64,000 nucleotides of DNA from positions 192,001-256,000 of the forward strand of contig JBBRSB010000001.1 of assembly GCA_038245785.1 (NCBI GenBank), read 5' to 3'. The translations under genes were made by a program, and so were the position numbers. The DNA comes from Gloeobacterales cyanobacterium (lineage in GTDB: Bacteria > Cyanobacteriota > Cyanobacteriia > Gloeobacterales > PMM-0068). The notes under the pieces are model-generated. The model saw only the letters and a program-made list of their open reading frames with translations. It searched no databases and had not been told where the DNA came from. Below, one piece after another: positions 31,009 to 41,499 of the stretch (the first letter of the stretch is position 1; the number at the start of each line of letters is the position of its first letter).

Positions 31009-32310
31009 TTAGTCCTTGGGATAGAAGCTATAGGCAATAGCTGATCCGAAACTTAAAACTCCTGCAATCGGTCCAATCAATAGAATGCCTAAGGAGTGTT
31101 CTTGAGAATAACCAAAAGTAGCAGTAATAAATCCTAAAAGCGCTCCGGCCAGACCAACACTAATTTTGATCGCTAATCCTTGGACCCCAAAGAATAAAGC
31201 TCCTTTCGTTTGCCCCGTAAGCGCGTAGTCCTGGTCTACTTGGTCTGCCACCATCGGGTTTGGGACGGCGGAAATAATCGCTAGAGGAAAACCATTGATA
31301 CCTAAAATGATCAAGGCCCACACAGGGGCAGAGAAAGGCCCCACCGCTTGCCCAATGGTAGAGAGCAGAGGCAGAAAAATCGCGAACAATCCCGTCGCCA
31401 GGATCATCATCTGCCGCTTACCCAATCGGGGTGTCAGCCAGCGGACGGCCAGGAAAGAAGGCAAGGCAACCAGGAAAATGCTTCCTAAATACTTTGATAG
31501 ATCTGCTGCCGGTAGCTGAAGGAGAACGGTCACATAGTAGATTGCAACAGCCCGGACCATATTGAACCCAAGCCAGAAGAGAACTTGACCCGTGACAATG
31601 GCCCGAAACCCTGGGCTGCGCTGGAGAATTCCTATCATTTCTTTCGGGGAAAAACTGGCTCCTGCCCCTTGAATTTTTAAGTTTCGCACTGTGCTTAGAG
31701 GAATGAACATCAGTGCCATCGCCCCGACCATAAATAGGGTGATCATCAAGGGTAGGTTGTTGCCAAGCCGGAAAAGAGCAAAGCCAGAAAGGACTTGCCC
31801 CACCAATACGCCCAGCAAGATAATAATCGCCTGCGTATTCGTAATTTTCAGGCGACGCTCTGCTTCCGGGGCTACTTGAGGAATCAATCCTAGGTAGGGC
31901 ACAGCATAGGAAGCTTGGCCGACCAAGGCTACGGATAAGAGGACAAATAAGAGTACGGCGTTTCGCTCGGGTTGGCCGGGGAGTGGGGAATAAAAGAGCG
32001 CAATCCCACAGATGCCAAAAGTCAAGGTTCCAAACAATAAAAAGAGCCAAGGTTTACCGAGTCGGTCGGAACCATAGCCCGCAAACGGATGGGTGAGCGC
32101 TTCCATAAAGCGCCCAACTAAGATTGCCAAACCAAAGGTCTGGGGGTCTACGAAAGGAATCCCTTTGTCTGGAGAAGGTACAAAATAGGCAATCAGCCAA
32201 AGTTGCAAAACCGTATCCAGAATGGAATAACCTCCAATCCCAAGCGCATAGGCCCAATCGGCACGGTTTTGCTGAGCGGCAGGGGCAACGACAGAAGATG
32301 TTTTGGTCAT
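31009..32310 (-). CDS. MFS transporter (GPH/MFS_2-like)
   Basis: About 12 TM segments; GYGSDRLG, VPYLGLIP..ERR and MVADQVDQD..TG...GALFFG motifs. Confidence 0.85.
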   Translation of the reverse strand: MTKTSSVVAPAAQQNRADWAYALGIGGYSILDTVLQLWLIAYFVPSPDKGIPFVDPQTFGLAILVGRFMEALTHPFAGYGSDRLGKPWLFLLFGTLTFGICGIALFYSPLPGQPERNAVLLFVLLSVALVGQASYAVPYLGLIPQVAPEAERRLKITNTQAIIILLGVLVGQVLSGFALFRLGNNLPLMITLFMVGAMALMFIPLSTVRNLKIQGAGASFSPKEMIGILQRSPGFRAIVTGQVLFWLGFNMVRAVAIYYVTVLLQLPAADLSKYLGSIFLVALPSFLAVRWLTPRLGKRQMMILATGLFAIFLPLLSTIGQAVGPFSAPVWALIILGINGFPLAIISAVPNPMVADQVDQDYALTGQTKGALFFGVQGLAIKISVGLAGALLGFITATFGYSQEHSLGILLIGPIAGVLSFGSAIAYSFYPKD

Positions 32311-32516
32311 GCCCTCAAGCCTACAAGCTCAAGGTCATAGATAGAAACCAGTTTAGGACAATTTTTAAACTGCCCTAGGAGGATAGAACTTCTAGCTTTT
32401 TTAAGGAAGTTACGAAAGAGGCTGTCACCTTGATTTCCAGCTATAGCTCTCTTCACCGCCCCTCAATGACTCATGAAATCAGCGTTAAGATCGAAGGTAG
32501 GAATGGAGAAAGAATT

Positions 32517-33236
32517 GTGATTCGTCTCTTGGTTAATCTATTAGTCGCTGTAATTGACATTCTTTATAGGAATCGTCCATATCCCCGTTTCTACGTATTA
32601 GAAACGGTAGCTCGTGTTCCTTATTTTGCTTTCCTTTCTGTTCTTCACCTTTATGAAACAGTAGGAGCATGGCGCAAGGCCGATTGGCTTAAAATTCACT
32701 TTGCAGAATCTTGGAATGAACTACACCATCTGTTAATTATGGAATCTCTCGGAGGTAATCGACACTGGACTGACCGTTTACTCGCCCGTTCCACAGCAGT
32801 CTTCTATTACTGGATTGTGGTGCCTTTATATGCCTTCTCTCCTCGTTCCGCCTACTACTTTATGGAACTGGTAGAAAGCCACGCTTTCCACACCTACGAC
32901 ACGTTTCTGAAAGAGAATGAGGCAGAACTCAAAGCCCAACCAGCCCCTCAGATCGCAGTTGACTACTATCGGGAAGGAGATCTGTACATGTTTGATGAGT
33001 TTCAAACTTCTCGTCAGCTTTCTGAACGCAGACCCTCTGTAGATAATCTCTACGATGTGTTTATCAACATCCGAGATGATGAATCAGAGCACGTGAAAAC
33101 GATGATCGCCTGCCAACATCCGGATGCACAGCAGACCTTCAAGAGTCCACACAGCAGCCCTGGCCTCAAAGGTAAACAAGGTGAAGTTCTAGTTGCCAAG
33201 GAGCTTATTGGCAAGGAACTGGAGGAGGTGAGTTAG
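32517..33236 (+). CDS. Plastid terminal oxidase (PTOX, alternative oxidase family)
   Basis: RFYVLETVARVPYF, ESWNELHHL, VESHA and RDDESEH di-iron motifs. Start uncertain (GTG 32517 chosen). Confidence 0.93.
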   Translation: MIRLLVNLLVAVIDILYRNRPYPRFYVLETVARVPYFAFLSVLHLYETVGAWRKADWLKIHFAESWNELHHLLIMESLGGNRHWTDRLLARSTAVFYYWIVVPLYAFSPRSAYYFMELVESHAFHTYDTFLKENEAELKAQPAPQIAVDYYREGDLYMFDEFQTSRQLSERRPSVDNLYDVFINIRDDESEHVKTMIACQHPDAQQTFKSPHSSPGLKGKQGEVLVAKELIGKELEEVS

Positions 33237-34300
33237 CTAAGAGCTGCCACGGAAACCCGAGCGGCTACTCTTCCGGCTAAGGTCCTGAAGGCTTCGGCGG
33301 AAGCACTTTCGGGATGAGCAACGACCATAGGGCGACCTTCATCGCCGCCCTCTCGGACTAACATTTCCTGTGGTACTTCTCCTAAAACATCTACCCCAAT
33401 CTCTTTAGCAAATTTTTCAGTCTCGCCATTGCCATAGAGGTAGTAGCGCTTATCGGGAACATCCGGTGGGATGAAATAGCTCATGTTCTCCACTAAGCCG
33501 AGAATCGGAACGCCAAGCTGCTGGAACATTCTTAATCCCTTGCGGGCATCATGGAGGGCAACACGCTGAGGGGTAGTAACAATGATTACTCCAGCCATGG
33601 GCACCGCTTGGGCCAAAGTTAACTGCGCGTCCCCTGTCCCAGGAGGCATATCGATAATCAGGTAATCCAAGACTCCCCAGTTCACCTGATAGAGAAATTG
33701 GCGAATAATGCCATTGAGCATCGGGCCTCGCCAGACTACAGGCTGGTCTTCGGCAATTAGCAAAGCCATCGAAACTAGCTTGACACCATAGTTATCAAGC
33801 GGCTCTAAACGGTCTCCTTGGGGTGTGTTCTCTACCGCTACAGGGACCCCTTGCACCCCCATCATGATCGGAACATTGGGGCCATAGATGTCAGCATCGA
33901 TGATGCCTACTTTGGCACCCGTTTGGGCAAGGGCCACCGCTAAATTGACAGCGACTGTAGACTTTCCGACTCCACCTTTACCACTGGAAACGGCAATGAT
34001 ATTGCGAACGCCCGGAATCCCTTCTTTCCCCGGCAGTTCTCTCTGCTGAGGCGTTTCTGACGTTATATCAATATGAACCGTAGACACTCCGGTCACTTCC
34101 TTCACGGCCGTTGTGCATTCTTCGACAATAAAGTCCTTCAGCGGACAGGCAGGAGTGGTCAAGACCAGGGTAAAAGTCACCGCCCCTTGGTCATCTACCT
34201 GCAGATTCCGAATCATATTCAGCTCAACCAAAGACCGATGCAGTTCTGGGTCTTGGACAGGGCGCAAAGCTTCTAAAACACTTTCTAAGGCGAGAGGCAT
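33233..34300 (-). CDS. mrp: Mrp/ApbC Fe-S cluster carrier ATPase
   Basis: N-terminal DPEL..LTTPACP; SGKGGVGKST, DADIYGP, WRGPM and DMPPGTGD motifs. Confidence 0.93.
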   Translation of the reverse strand: MPLALESVLEALRPVQDPELHRSLVELNMIRNLQVDDQGAVTFTLVLTTPACPLKDFIVEECTTAVKEVTGVSTVHIDITSETPQQRELPGKEGIPGVRNIIAVSSGKGGVGKSTVAVNLAVALAQTGAKVGIIDADIYGPNVPIMMGVQGVPVAVENTPQGDRLEPLDNYGVKLVSMALLIAEDQPVVWRGPMLNGIIRQFLYQVNWGVLDYLIIDMPPGTGDAQLTLAQAVPMAGVIIVTTPQRVALHDARKGLRMFQQLGVPILGLVENMSYFIPPDVPDKRYYLYGNGETEKFAKEIGVDVLGEVPQEMLVREGGDEGRPMVVAHPESASAEAFRTLAGRVAARVSVAALS

Positions 34301-34422
34301 TTCTTTATCTAGCTATATCCGTGCATTATAGGCGGGAGTGTGTGCACCTTCGCTCAAGACTAGCTACGCTGAAGGCAGGTAATTCATTTGACGAATTTGA
34401 CGAAAGTGAATAAATTGAAGAT

Positions 34423-35163
34423 ATGAGCATTACGCGTAAGAAAAGAAGTAAGGCGGACTCTATAACCGGAAAGCAGACGCGCTCCTGGCAGGCCGTGGCT
34501 GAGCGTTTGCTACTCCATCCTGAGTCTCATGAATTTGAGGTTGACAACCTCTCTGATCAAATTCGTGTTCTGTTCAATGAAGCTCCAGCCCTTGAGCAAC
34601 TAAGTCGCAATCCAGTCAAGCTTGCCCTCTATGAAAGCGCCTCCAAAGCCTTGCTGGAAGCGGCCTTAAATCTAACTGAAACTGAGCTTCCTGAAGCTGG
34701 ACTTTCGGGTGAAGAAATTATTTTCTGCTTAATGCAGCATTTGCCCGCAGACTCTAGCCGAGATCCATTCTTCAACGCGAGAATGCGTGGTTTGCAGCGT
34801 CGCCAGGCCTTACTGCAAACGGAAGGTACTTCACTCTCTGCTGTGGAAGCGGCACAAATTTTAGGCATCAGTCGCCAGATGGTTGATATTCGCCGCAAAA
34901 AAGGAAAATTGATTGGCATTCGAGCCAGGGGGCGCAGGTATTCATATCCTTCTTGCCAATTCACCGAACAGGGAAATGTCTTACCTGGATTGGAAAAGGT
35001 ACTTAGCACTTTTGAAGATAAAGACCCCTGGATGCAGTTATCTTTTTTAGTTTCTCCCAATGATTGGCTAGACGGAGCTAGTCCCCTAGACCTCTTGCGC
35101 AAAGGAGCCGTTGACGAAGTGCTTCGTGCTGCTTATTCTTCCGGTAAGCAGGGTGGAGCGTGA
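34423..35163 (+). CDS. Xre/MbcA/ParS-like antitoxin with HTH
   Basis: LSAVEAAQILGISRQMV HTH, YPSCQF and C-terminal LDGASPLDLL; GTGA overlap with the RES gene. Confidence 0.75.
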   Translation: MSITRKKRSKADSITGKQTRSWQAVAERLLLHPESHEFEVDNLSDQIRVLFNEAPALEQLSRNPVKLALYESASKALLEAALNLTETELPEAGLSGEEIIFCLMQHLPADSSRDPFFNARMRGLQRRQALLQTEGTSLSAVEAAQILGISRQMVDIRRKKGKLIGIRARGRRYSYPSCQFTEQGNVLPGLEKVLSTFEDKDPWMQLSFLVSPNDWLDGASPLDLLRKGAVDEVLRAAYSSGKQGGA

Positions 35164-35717
35164 CTTCCAGGGTTCCACGACATCCCAATCCTCCCAAAAG
35201 CCTGCGTGACCAGGAACTGCCCCTTATCGAGCAGAAGGGACCTTGGCTGCGCATCCACCAAAAACAATATGAATGTATTCATTTTGGGCGGAGGGCGTCA
35301 GGCCGTTTCGATGATCCTCAAATAGTCTATGGAGTTCTCTACTTAGGCGAGGACTACCATGCGGCGTTTATAGAAACGCTTGGATGGCAGACGGGGAAGA
35401 AAGACATAACCCTAAGAGCGCTTCAAGAGCGGATGCTCTCTCAAGTTACGAGCACAAATCCATTGCGTATTGTTGACCTTACAGGGCCAGGGCTCAGCAA
35501 GATTGGCGCAGACGCAGACCTCTGTACTGGACGCAGTCGAACCCTCACGCAGAAGTGGAGTCGTGCTATTTGGGCACACCCTAGCAAGCCAGATGGTATC
35601 CGCTATATTTCGCGCCATGATCCAAGGCGCTTCTGTTGTGTGCTTTTTGACCAAGTAGAACCTTTGTTACGCGTACAAAATTTGGCAACCCTGGAAGCCT
35701 CAAGTATCGCCGGGTAG
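35160..35717 (+). CDS. RES domain toxin (NAD+-degrading family)
   Basis: GRFD, VLYLG..AAFIE, TQKWSRAIW and DGIRYISRHD carry the conserved R, E and S residues. Confidence 0.85.
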   Translation: MTSRVPRHPNPPKSLRDQELPLIEQKGPWLRIHQKQYECIHFGRRASGRFDDPQIVYGVLYLGEDYHAAFIETLGWQTGKKDITLRALQERMLSQVTSTNPLRIVDLTGPGLSKIGADADLCTGRSRTLTQKWSRAIWAHPSKPDGIRYISRHDPRRFCCVLFDQVEPLLRVQNLATLEASSIAG

Positions 35718-35805
35718 ACAGGTCAAATTATGGACAATTACGGGTTTAGCCTTATAGGGTAGTAATGACGATGGGTAGAAGCGTCCACCGATTGTATCGA
35801 ATGCT

Positions 35806-36088
35806 CTAGCTTTTTCCAATGTCCCAACAGAGTTGTTGCGGTAATTGTTTGATAACTCGCTGAAACGGAGCAAAATCGTGCAAACCGTGGGACAGAATTA
35901 ATGCGCCCTGAATAGCAATCATGGCATCTTCTCCACGCGAGGAGCAAGCGCACCCCCAATTCGTCTTCTAAGCGCAATACGGCTCGACTCACCCCTGAAG
36001 GAGCCATTCCCAGCTGTTGTGCCGCCCTCGAAAAGTTGCAGCATTGAGCGGAGCGCATAAAGATCATCAGGCTTTTTAGTTTGTCCAT
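35806..36088 (-). pseudogene. Chimeric remnant: LysR N-terminal HTH joined to a TetR (LmrA/YxaF-like) C-terminus
   Basis: MDKLKSL..NFSRAAQQLGMAPSGVSRAVLRLEDELGVRLL for about 49 codons, then in another frame RGEDAMIAIQGALILSHGLHDFAPFQRVIKQLP*. Confidence 0.7.
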
Positions 36089-36331
36089 GAACTAACCCAA
36101 CGCATTTTTGATCTTTTTGCATAACTGTTTTGAATTGTAATTACATTTTCTCTTTTTCTGTACAAGCTACTGTTTGAGCAAGATTAGATTTCAAGTACAC
36201 AGATTGGGTTAAAAACATGCCATATCAAACAAATACAGAACGCTTCATCATTCAAAATTTCAGCCTTTAGAGAGGGTAATTTTCTGAAAGCTAGTTGCTA
36301 GGTTAACCATTAAGAATCAAGGAAGAAAAAA

Positions 36332-37225
36332 ATGACAAATTCAAATCAAATCATTCTCGTGACGGGCGCAACTGGAAACCAAGGCGGCATGGTGGCGCGT
36401 CATCTATTACAACGCGGAAAGTTTACAGTTCGTGCCTTGGTGCGTGAACAAAACAAGCCTGAAGCCCAAGCGCTCAAGCAAGCGGGCGCAGAACTCGCAG
36501 AAGGAGATTTCAGCGACCGCGCTTCCCTTGACCGCGCTCTGCAAGGGGTCTCCGGCATTTTTTCAATGCAGGACTTCCGAGATGGAACGGAAACCGAAAT
36601 TCGTGAGGGCAAGGCTGTCGCAGACGCATCAAAAGCAGCAGGCATCCAGCATTTTGTTTACAGTTCGGTCGGTAGCGCAGAACGCAACACGGGCATCCCG
36701 CATTTTGACAGCAAGTTTCAGCTCGAAGAATACATCCGCGCCATCGAGTTACCCTACACGATTCTGCGTCCGGTGTTCTTCTTCTATAACTACAACATGA
36801 TGCGCCCGATGGTTGAAAATGGAACGCTCCCCCAGCCGCTTAGTCCCGATACAAAATTGCAGCAACTTTCTGAAGAAGATTATGGGGCAATGGTCGCTGA
36901 AGTGTTTGAGCGCCCCTCAGATTTTTTGAACCGCGAACTGGAAGTCGCCAGTGTGGACATGACCATGACGGAAATTGCAGCGGCGTTCAGTCGAGTGTTG
37001 GGAAAACCCGTCAACTACCAACAAATTCCATTTGAGGCGTTCGAGCAGCAAGCTGGCGAGGAGGTAACTATCATGTATCGCTGGTTTGAGAATGTTGGCT
37101 ACGCAGCGGATTTGGCGCAGTTGGAACGAGAGTTTGCCAAATTGAGCGACTTTGAATCCTACTTGCGTGCTCGCGGCTGGGCAAAGCCTGTAGAAAGTGC
37201 GTCCACTACTGGATCAAGAGGGTAA
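36332..37225 (+). CDS. NmrA/HSCARG family NAD(P)-binding protein
   Basis: ILVTGATGNQGG, HFVYSSVG, IPHFDSK and TILRP motifs. Confidence 0.9.
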   Translation: MTNSNQIILVTGATGNQGGMVARHLLQRGKFTVRALVREQNKPEAQALKQAGAELAEGDFSDRASLDRALQGVSGIFSMQDFRDGTETEIREGKAVADASKAAGIQHFVYSSVGSAERNTGIPHFDSKFQLEEYIRAIELPYTILRPVFFFYNYNMMRPMVENGTLPQPLSPDTKLQQLSEEDYGAMVAEVFERPSDFLNRELEVASVDMTMTEIAAAFSRVLGKPVNYQQIPFEAFEQQAGEEVTIMYRWFENVGYAADLAQLEREFAKLSDFESYLRARGWAKPVESASTTGSRG

Positions 37226-37249
37226 AACGACGACAGCTGGAGAGCGACC

Positions 37250-37438
37250 ATGAAAGCTGCAATTCTAAAAACGTTTGGATCGCCACTCGCTGTCGGGACC
37301 TTGCCCGACCCGCTCCTGGGCACGGGGGAAGTCGTCGTTGATGTCGTAGCATCTGATGTTCTACCCTATGCGAACAAAGCCGTCGCACACGCGGCCGCCA
37401 ACTGTGGTCCCTTCAAGTTGACAGCGATCTGGCCGTGA
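37250..37438 (+). pseudogene. Internally deleted Zn-dependent alcohol dehydrogenase
   Basis: MKAAILKTFGSPL...GEVVVDVVA N-terminus fused in frame to a short C-terminus-like tail; 62 aa against about 350 expected. Confidence 0.7.
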
Positions 37439-37487
37439 GTAGTATTGGAATCAAAAACTAGGTTAATGAATTTATAGGAGTTACAAA

Positions 37488-38417
37488 ATGTCAAAAGCAG
37501 TACGCTTTGATCACTATGGAAATGTTGATGTTCTTGAGGTCATCGATGTCGAACGACCTTTGCCCAGTGCAGGTCGGATTCTAGTGCGTGTGCTCGCTGC
37601 CGGTACTAATCCGGGCGAGATCGCTATACGCGAAGGTCGACTCGACAAGCAGTTCCCGGCGACATTCCCGTCGGGGCAGGGGACAGACTTCGCTGGGATA
37701 GTTGCTGAACTCGGAGACGACGTAACCGAGCCCGGCGTGGGTACTGCGGTCATGGGCTGGTCAAACGAGCGCTCTGCCCAGGCCGAGTTTGTCGCTGTCC
37801 CTGCCGACCAACTCGTCGTCAAGCCTGAATCTCTTGACTGGAACGTGGCGGGTGCACTCTTTGTCGTCGCATCGACGGCAACCGCAGCCGTCGCCGCTGT
37901 TGCACCCCAACGGGGGGAAACCGTTCTGGTATCTGGTGCGTCTGGCGGAGTGGGGTCACTTGTCGCTCAGTTGGTTCTGCGTACTGGGGCCTCCGTCGTT
38001 GGTACTGCCGGATCGTCGCACCACGACTGGTTGCGATCGCTGGGTATCACGCCAATCGGCTACGAAAACGACTTGGCAGAGAGCTTAGGTCACGTGGCTC
38101 CGGATGGCTTTGATGCTGTAATCGACACCACAGGTCACGGCTACGTCGATCTGGCAATCAAGCTGGGGGTTGAGCCGAATCGCATCAACACGATTATCGA
38201 TTTCGCAGCGGCAAGCCAACACAGGGTTCACACCGACGGAAGCTCTGCGGCTGAGTCGAGTACTGTTCTCGCTGAGATAGCCAAACTGGTCTCAGACAGT
38301 GAGTTGCAGGTTCCAGTGGCAGACGTGTACGACCTCAAAGATGTGCGCCAGGCATACACTGAGTTAGCGAAAGGGCACACGGGCGGCAAGATCGTGCTTC
38401 GGGTTGCTGCACCTTGA
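37488..38417 (+). CDS. NADP-dependent quinone oxidoreductase (MDR family)
   Basis: AAGTNPGE, GTDFAG, VLVSGASGGVG and GHTGGKIVL motifs; high GC. Confidence 0.88.
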   Translation: MSKAVRFDHYGNVDVLEVIDVERPLPSAGRILVRVLAAGTNPGEIAIREGRLDKQFPATFPSGQGTDFAGIVAELGDDVTEPGVGTAVMGWSNERSAQAEFVAVPADQLVVKPESLDWNVAGALFVVASTATAAVAAVAPQRGETVLVSGASGGVGSLVAQLVLRTGASVVGTAGSSHHDWLRSLGITPIGYENDLAESLGHVAPDGFDAVIDTTGHGYVDLAIKLGVEPNRINTIIDFAAASQHRVHTDGSSAAESSTVLAEIAKLVSDSELQVPVADVYDLKDVRQAYTELAKGHTGGKIVLRVAAP

Positions 38418-38518
38418 CTCATCAGCTACGCACTTTGCCTGATATCTGGAAGTACTTGACAAGTAGGAAGAGGCAAGAGCGATCAAGCGATGAGAACCTG
38501 CCAATGTCTGGTTGGGAC

Positions 38519-38638
38519 GGTACTATTCCGTTAGTCTGATGACGCAGCTTTCGTAGCCGGTCAGACTATTAATATTGATGGTAGAAATAACTTCGTTTAG
38601 AGCAGAGAAATGCCGTCAGATTTGGATGTCCATAGACC
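38519..38638 (+). repeat. 120-bp direct repeat, copy 1 (SDR gene tail remnant plus 3' flank)
   Basis: Ungapped match to 44257-44376 (105/120 identical by manual count); encodes SDDAAFVAGQTINIDG. Confidence 0.85.
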
Positions 38639-38697
38639 GCTTTTTGACTCAAATATTTGTTCAATTTGGTAAGACTTTAACACCCAGTATAGGAACC

Positions 38698-39591
38698 ATG
38701 ACTAGACAACAGCCCTTAACAATTGATGCTGCCAGCGACGAATCCATTTCAAAAATTGGTCCGAGTGCGCCAGTTCTCTCTAGTCAAAAAGTATTTTGGG
38801 ATGGAGTTAAAATTAGCTATTACAAATTCTACGCTGCCGTTGAGACACCTGAGCATTGTTTCTCGCAGCATCTGATTACAATTCATCTCAATCACGCAGT
38901 AGTCAAGAAAGAGCAATCGTTAAATGGTCATCTACAATATGATAAATTTAGAAACGGCGACATCTGTTTAATCCCTGCAAGTGCTCCTGTATTAGTCCGT
39001 TTGCAGGATGCAAGCAAGTTTATTTCTCTACACCTCGAACCAACATTTATAAGACAGATTGCGGCTGAGGTGGCCGATCCTGATCGACTTGAGCTTGTAC
39101 CCCAATTCAAGTTAAATGACCCGCTAATTTATCAAATTGGGATGGCGCTAAAAGCAAATCTTGAGTCTGAGAGTATAGGCAGTCGCCTCTATACCGAGTC
39201 AATGGCAACCGCACTTTCTGCTCATTTGCTCCAGCACTACTCGACACAAAAGCCCAAAATCAAAAGCTATTCTTATGGATTATCGCAGGCTCAATTACGA
39301 CAGGTGACTGAATATATTCATCAGCATTCAGCGCAGAATCCTAGCCTAACGAGCTTGGCTGAAATTGTACATATGAGTCCTTATTACTTTAGCCGTTTGT
39401 TTAAACAATCAACAGGATTCGCTCCACATCAGTATTTACTCAAATGTCGGATCGATCGGGCGAAACGGCTAATCAAAGCTACAGAGCTATCGATCGCTGA
39501 CATTGCAGGTCAGGTCGGCTTTGTCGATCAAAGTCACCTCAACCGACATTTCAAGCGTCATTTTGGTGTTTTACCCAGCCAGTTCCGCTAG
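38698..39591 (+). CDS. AraC family transcriptional regulator
   Basis: MSPYYFSRLFKQSTG..PHQY and GFVDQSHLNRHFKRHFG motifs; AGGA RBS before ATG 38698. Confidence 0.93.
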   Translation: MTRQQPLTIDAASDESISKIGPSAPVLSSQKVFWDGVKISYYKFYAAVETPEHCFSQHLITIHLNHAVVKKEQSLNGHLQYDKFRNGDICLIPASAPVLVRLQDASKFISLHLEPTFIRQIAAEVADPDRLELVPQFKLNDPLIYQIGMALKANLESESIGSRLYTESMATALSAHLLQHYSTQKPKIKSYSYGLSQAQLRQVTEYIHQHSAQNPSLTSLAEIVHMSPYYFSRLFKQSTGFAPHQYLLKCRIDRAKRLIKATELSIADIAGQVGFVDQSHLNRHFKRHFGVLPSQFR

Positions 39592-39689
39592 ATGACAAGA
39601 ATGTACTGGCAAAAAGCAAGATCGTCCAAGACGATCGAGTTTCATTTTCCTATGATTTGTATAGATTGGTCAGTCGAGGTATTCATAAT

Positions 39690-40190
39690 ATGAATCATTC
39701 AAACGCACCTATTCCTTTTTTATCAAATCGAGAAGATGCTCCCGCATACTGGAATGTAGACATTTTGTGGATCATCCTTGCCAGTAGCGAGCAGACTGGA
39801 GGCTCCTACTGCTTGCTAGAACAGTTTTGTCCTAAAAATTCGGGTCCACCGCCCCATTATCACGAGCAAGATGAGGGGTTTTATCTTCTAGAAGGAGAAG
39901 TCACCTTTCAAGCAGGTGATGAAATTTTGAAGGCTCAGGGTGGCTTTTCTGTCTCGATTCCGCGCGGTACGGTTCATTCGTTTCGTGTCGATAGTGAAGT
40001 CGCACATATTCTCAACTTCTATACGCCTGGTGGATTCGAGCAAATGATCGTCGAAACAAGTCAGCCAGCGCTGACGCGTACTCTGCCACCACCAGGAAAC
40101 GTCAGATCCACTTCCCCTGGTGACTTTAAGGAAGTATTTAACAAGATTGGAATGTATTGGGTTGATTCACCAGACTCGCTCCGCTTGTGA
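39690..40190 (+). CDS. Cupin domain protein (quercetin dioxygenase-like)
   Basis: PPPHYHEQDEGFYLLEG and IPRGTVHSF cupin motifs. Confidence 0.85.
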   Translation: MNHSNAPIPFLSNREDAPAYWNVDILWIILASSEQTGGSYCLLEQFCPKNSGPPPHYHEQDEGFYLLEGEVTFQAGDEILKAQGGFSVSIPRGTVHSFRVDSEVAHILNFYTPGGFEQMIVETSQPALTRTLPPPGNVRSTSPGDFKEVFNKIGMYWVDSPDSLRL

Positions 40191-40247
40191 GCAAACTCCG
40201 ATCGATATCTACTGACACAACACAACAGTTAAATTTTGGAGAATAAT

Positions 40248-41138
40248 ATGCCACAAAAAATTTTAGTAGCAGGCGCAACAGGTAATCTAGGCGAACGAAT
40301 CGTTAAAGCTTTGATAAAAAGAGGGGCACAAGTACGTATCCTTAACCGCAAAGAAACCGACCCAGCGAAAACCAAGAAACTAACCGAACTTGGTGCGGAG
40401 GTAATTGCAGTAGATATGTCAGATGTTGAAGAGCTTAAACTTGCCTGTCAAGACGTGTCCTGTGTTGTCTCTGCTTTGGCAGGGCTACATGAGGTAATCG
40501 TAGATTCCCAAACGCAATTGCTTGATGCAGCCATCGCTGCGGGCGTACCCCGCTTCATTCCGTCTGATTATTCATCTGACTTTACCAAAATGCCTGAAGG
40601 TGAAAACCGAAATTTTGATCTCAGAAAAGAGTTCCATCAATATCTAGACAAATCGCCAATTGCCGCAACATCGATCCTCAATGGTGCTTTTGCAGATATC
40701 TTGAGCTACGGCACGCCACTTTATCAGCCAAAGGATTATAGTGTCGGCTATTGGGGAGATAACCCAGACTGGAAAGTAGACTTTTCGACGATGGACAACA
40801 CGGCAGACTATACTGCCGCAGCCGCGTTAGACTCGACTACTCCAAGAATTCTTCGGATTGCCAGTTTCCAAATTAGTCCAAACGAATTGATTGCTGTAGG
40901 CGAAGAAGTTAAAAAGACAAAATTTAAGCTCGTCCCGCTGGGAAGCTTGGCAGATTTTTCTGCCTCCAACAAACAAGCACGAGCGGCACATCCAGAAGGA
41001 GAACAAGAGATGTATCCGCAGTGGCAAGCGATGCAGTATTTGTACAGTATGTTCATTGTGCAAAATCAACCACTGGACAACGATCGCTATGCTGATGTTC
41101 AGTGGACTAGCGCGATTGATGTCATTTCAAAAATCTAG
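40248..41138 (+). CDS. NmrA/isoflavone reductase-like protein
   Basis: ILVAGATGNLG and AGVPRFIPSDY motifs. Confidence 0.88.
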   Translation: MPQKILVAGATGNLGERIVKALIKRGAQVRILNRKETDPAKTKKLTELGAEVIAVDMSDVEELKLACQDVSCVVSALAGLHEVIVDSQTQLLDAAIAAGVPRFIPSDYSSDFTKMPEGENRNFDLRKEFHQYLDKSPIAATSILNGAFADILSYGTPLYQPKDYSVGYWGDNPDWKVDFSTMDNTADYTAAAALDSTTPRILRIASFQISPNELIAVGEEVKKTKFKLVPLGSLADFSASNKQARAAHPEGEQEMYPQWQAMQYLYSMFIVQNQPLDNDRYADVQWTSAIDVISKI

Positions 41139-41191
41139 CGCCCTTATCAGCTGTGTCTCAAATTCTTAGTCCTAGAACCTTGTGAGAAAGT

Positions 41192-41499
41192 ATGCAAATG
41201 CTAAATAGTGACTCAGCAACCTTTGATCAACAATTTAAGCATCGGACGGCTGAGGTCAACGGTGTTCGTATCCATTATGTGATAGGTGGCAGCGGTGAAG
41301 CCGTCGTGCTTTTGCACGGTTTTCCGCAGACTTGGTACGAATGGCACAAAATCATGCCCGCGCTTGCCGCAAAATATACGGTTATTGCGCCAGACCTACG
41401 TGGTCTCGGCGAGTCTTCTCGTCCCGCGCCAAATTACGAAGCGCACAGCGTTGCTGAAGACGTTCATCAATTGGTTCAACAACTTGGCTTCAAACAGAT
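41192..41499 (+). pseudogene. Alpha/beta hydrolase (epoxide hydrolase-like) truncated by an IS3 remnant
   Basis: VLLHGFPQTWYEW and APDLRGLGES; the ORF runs into the IS left end just before the expected nucleophile motif. Confidence 0.8.

Noticed and set aside
31418..32050. 210-aa alternative-frame ORF inside the MFS gene
   Set aside because: Same-strand off-frame overlap with atypical composition.
32517..33236. PTOX as a novelty
   Set aside because: Patchily distributed but well documented in cyanobacteria.
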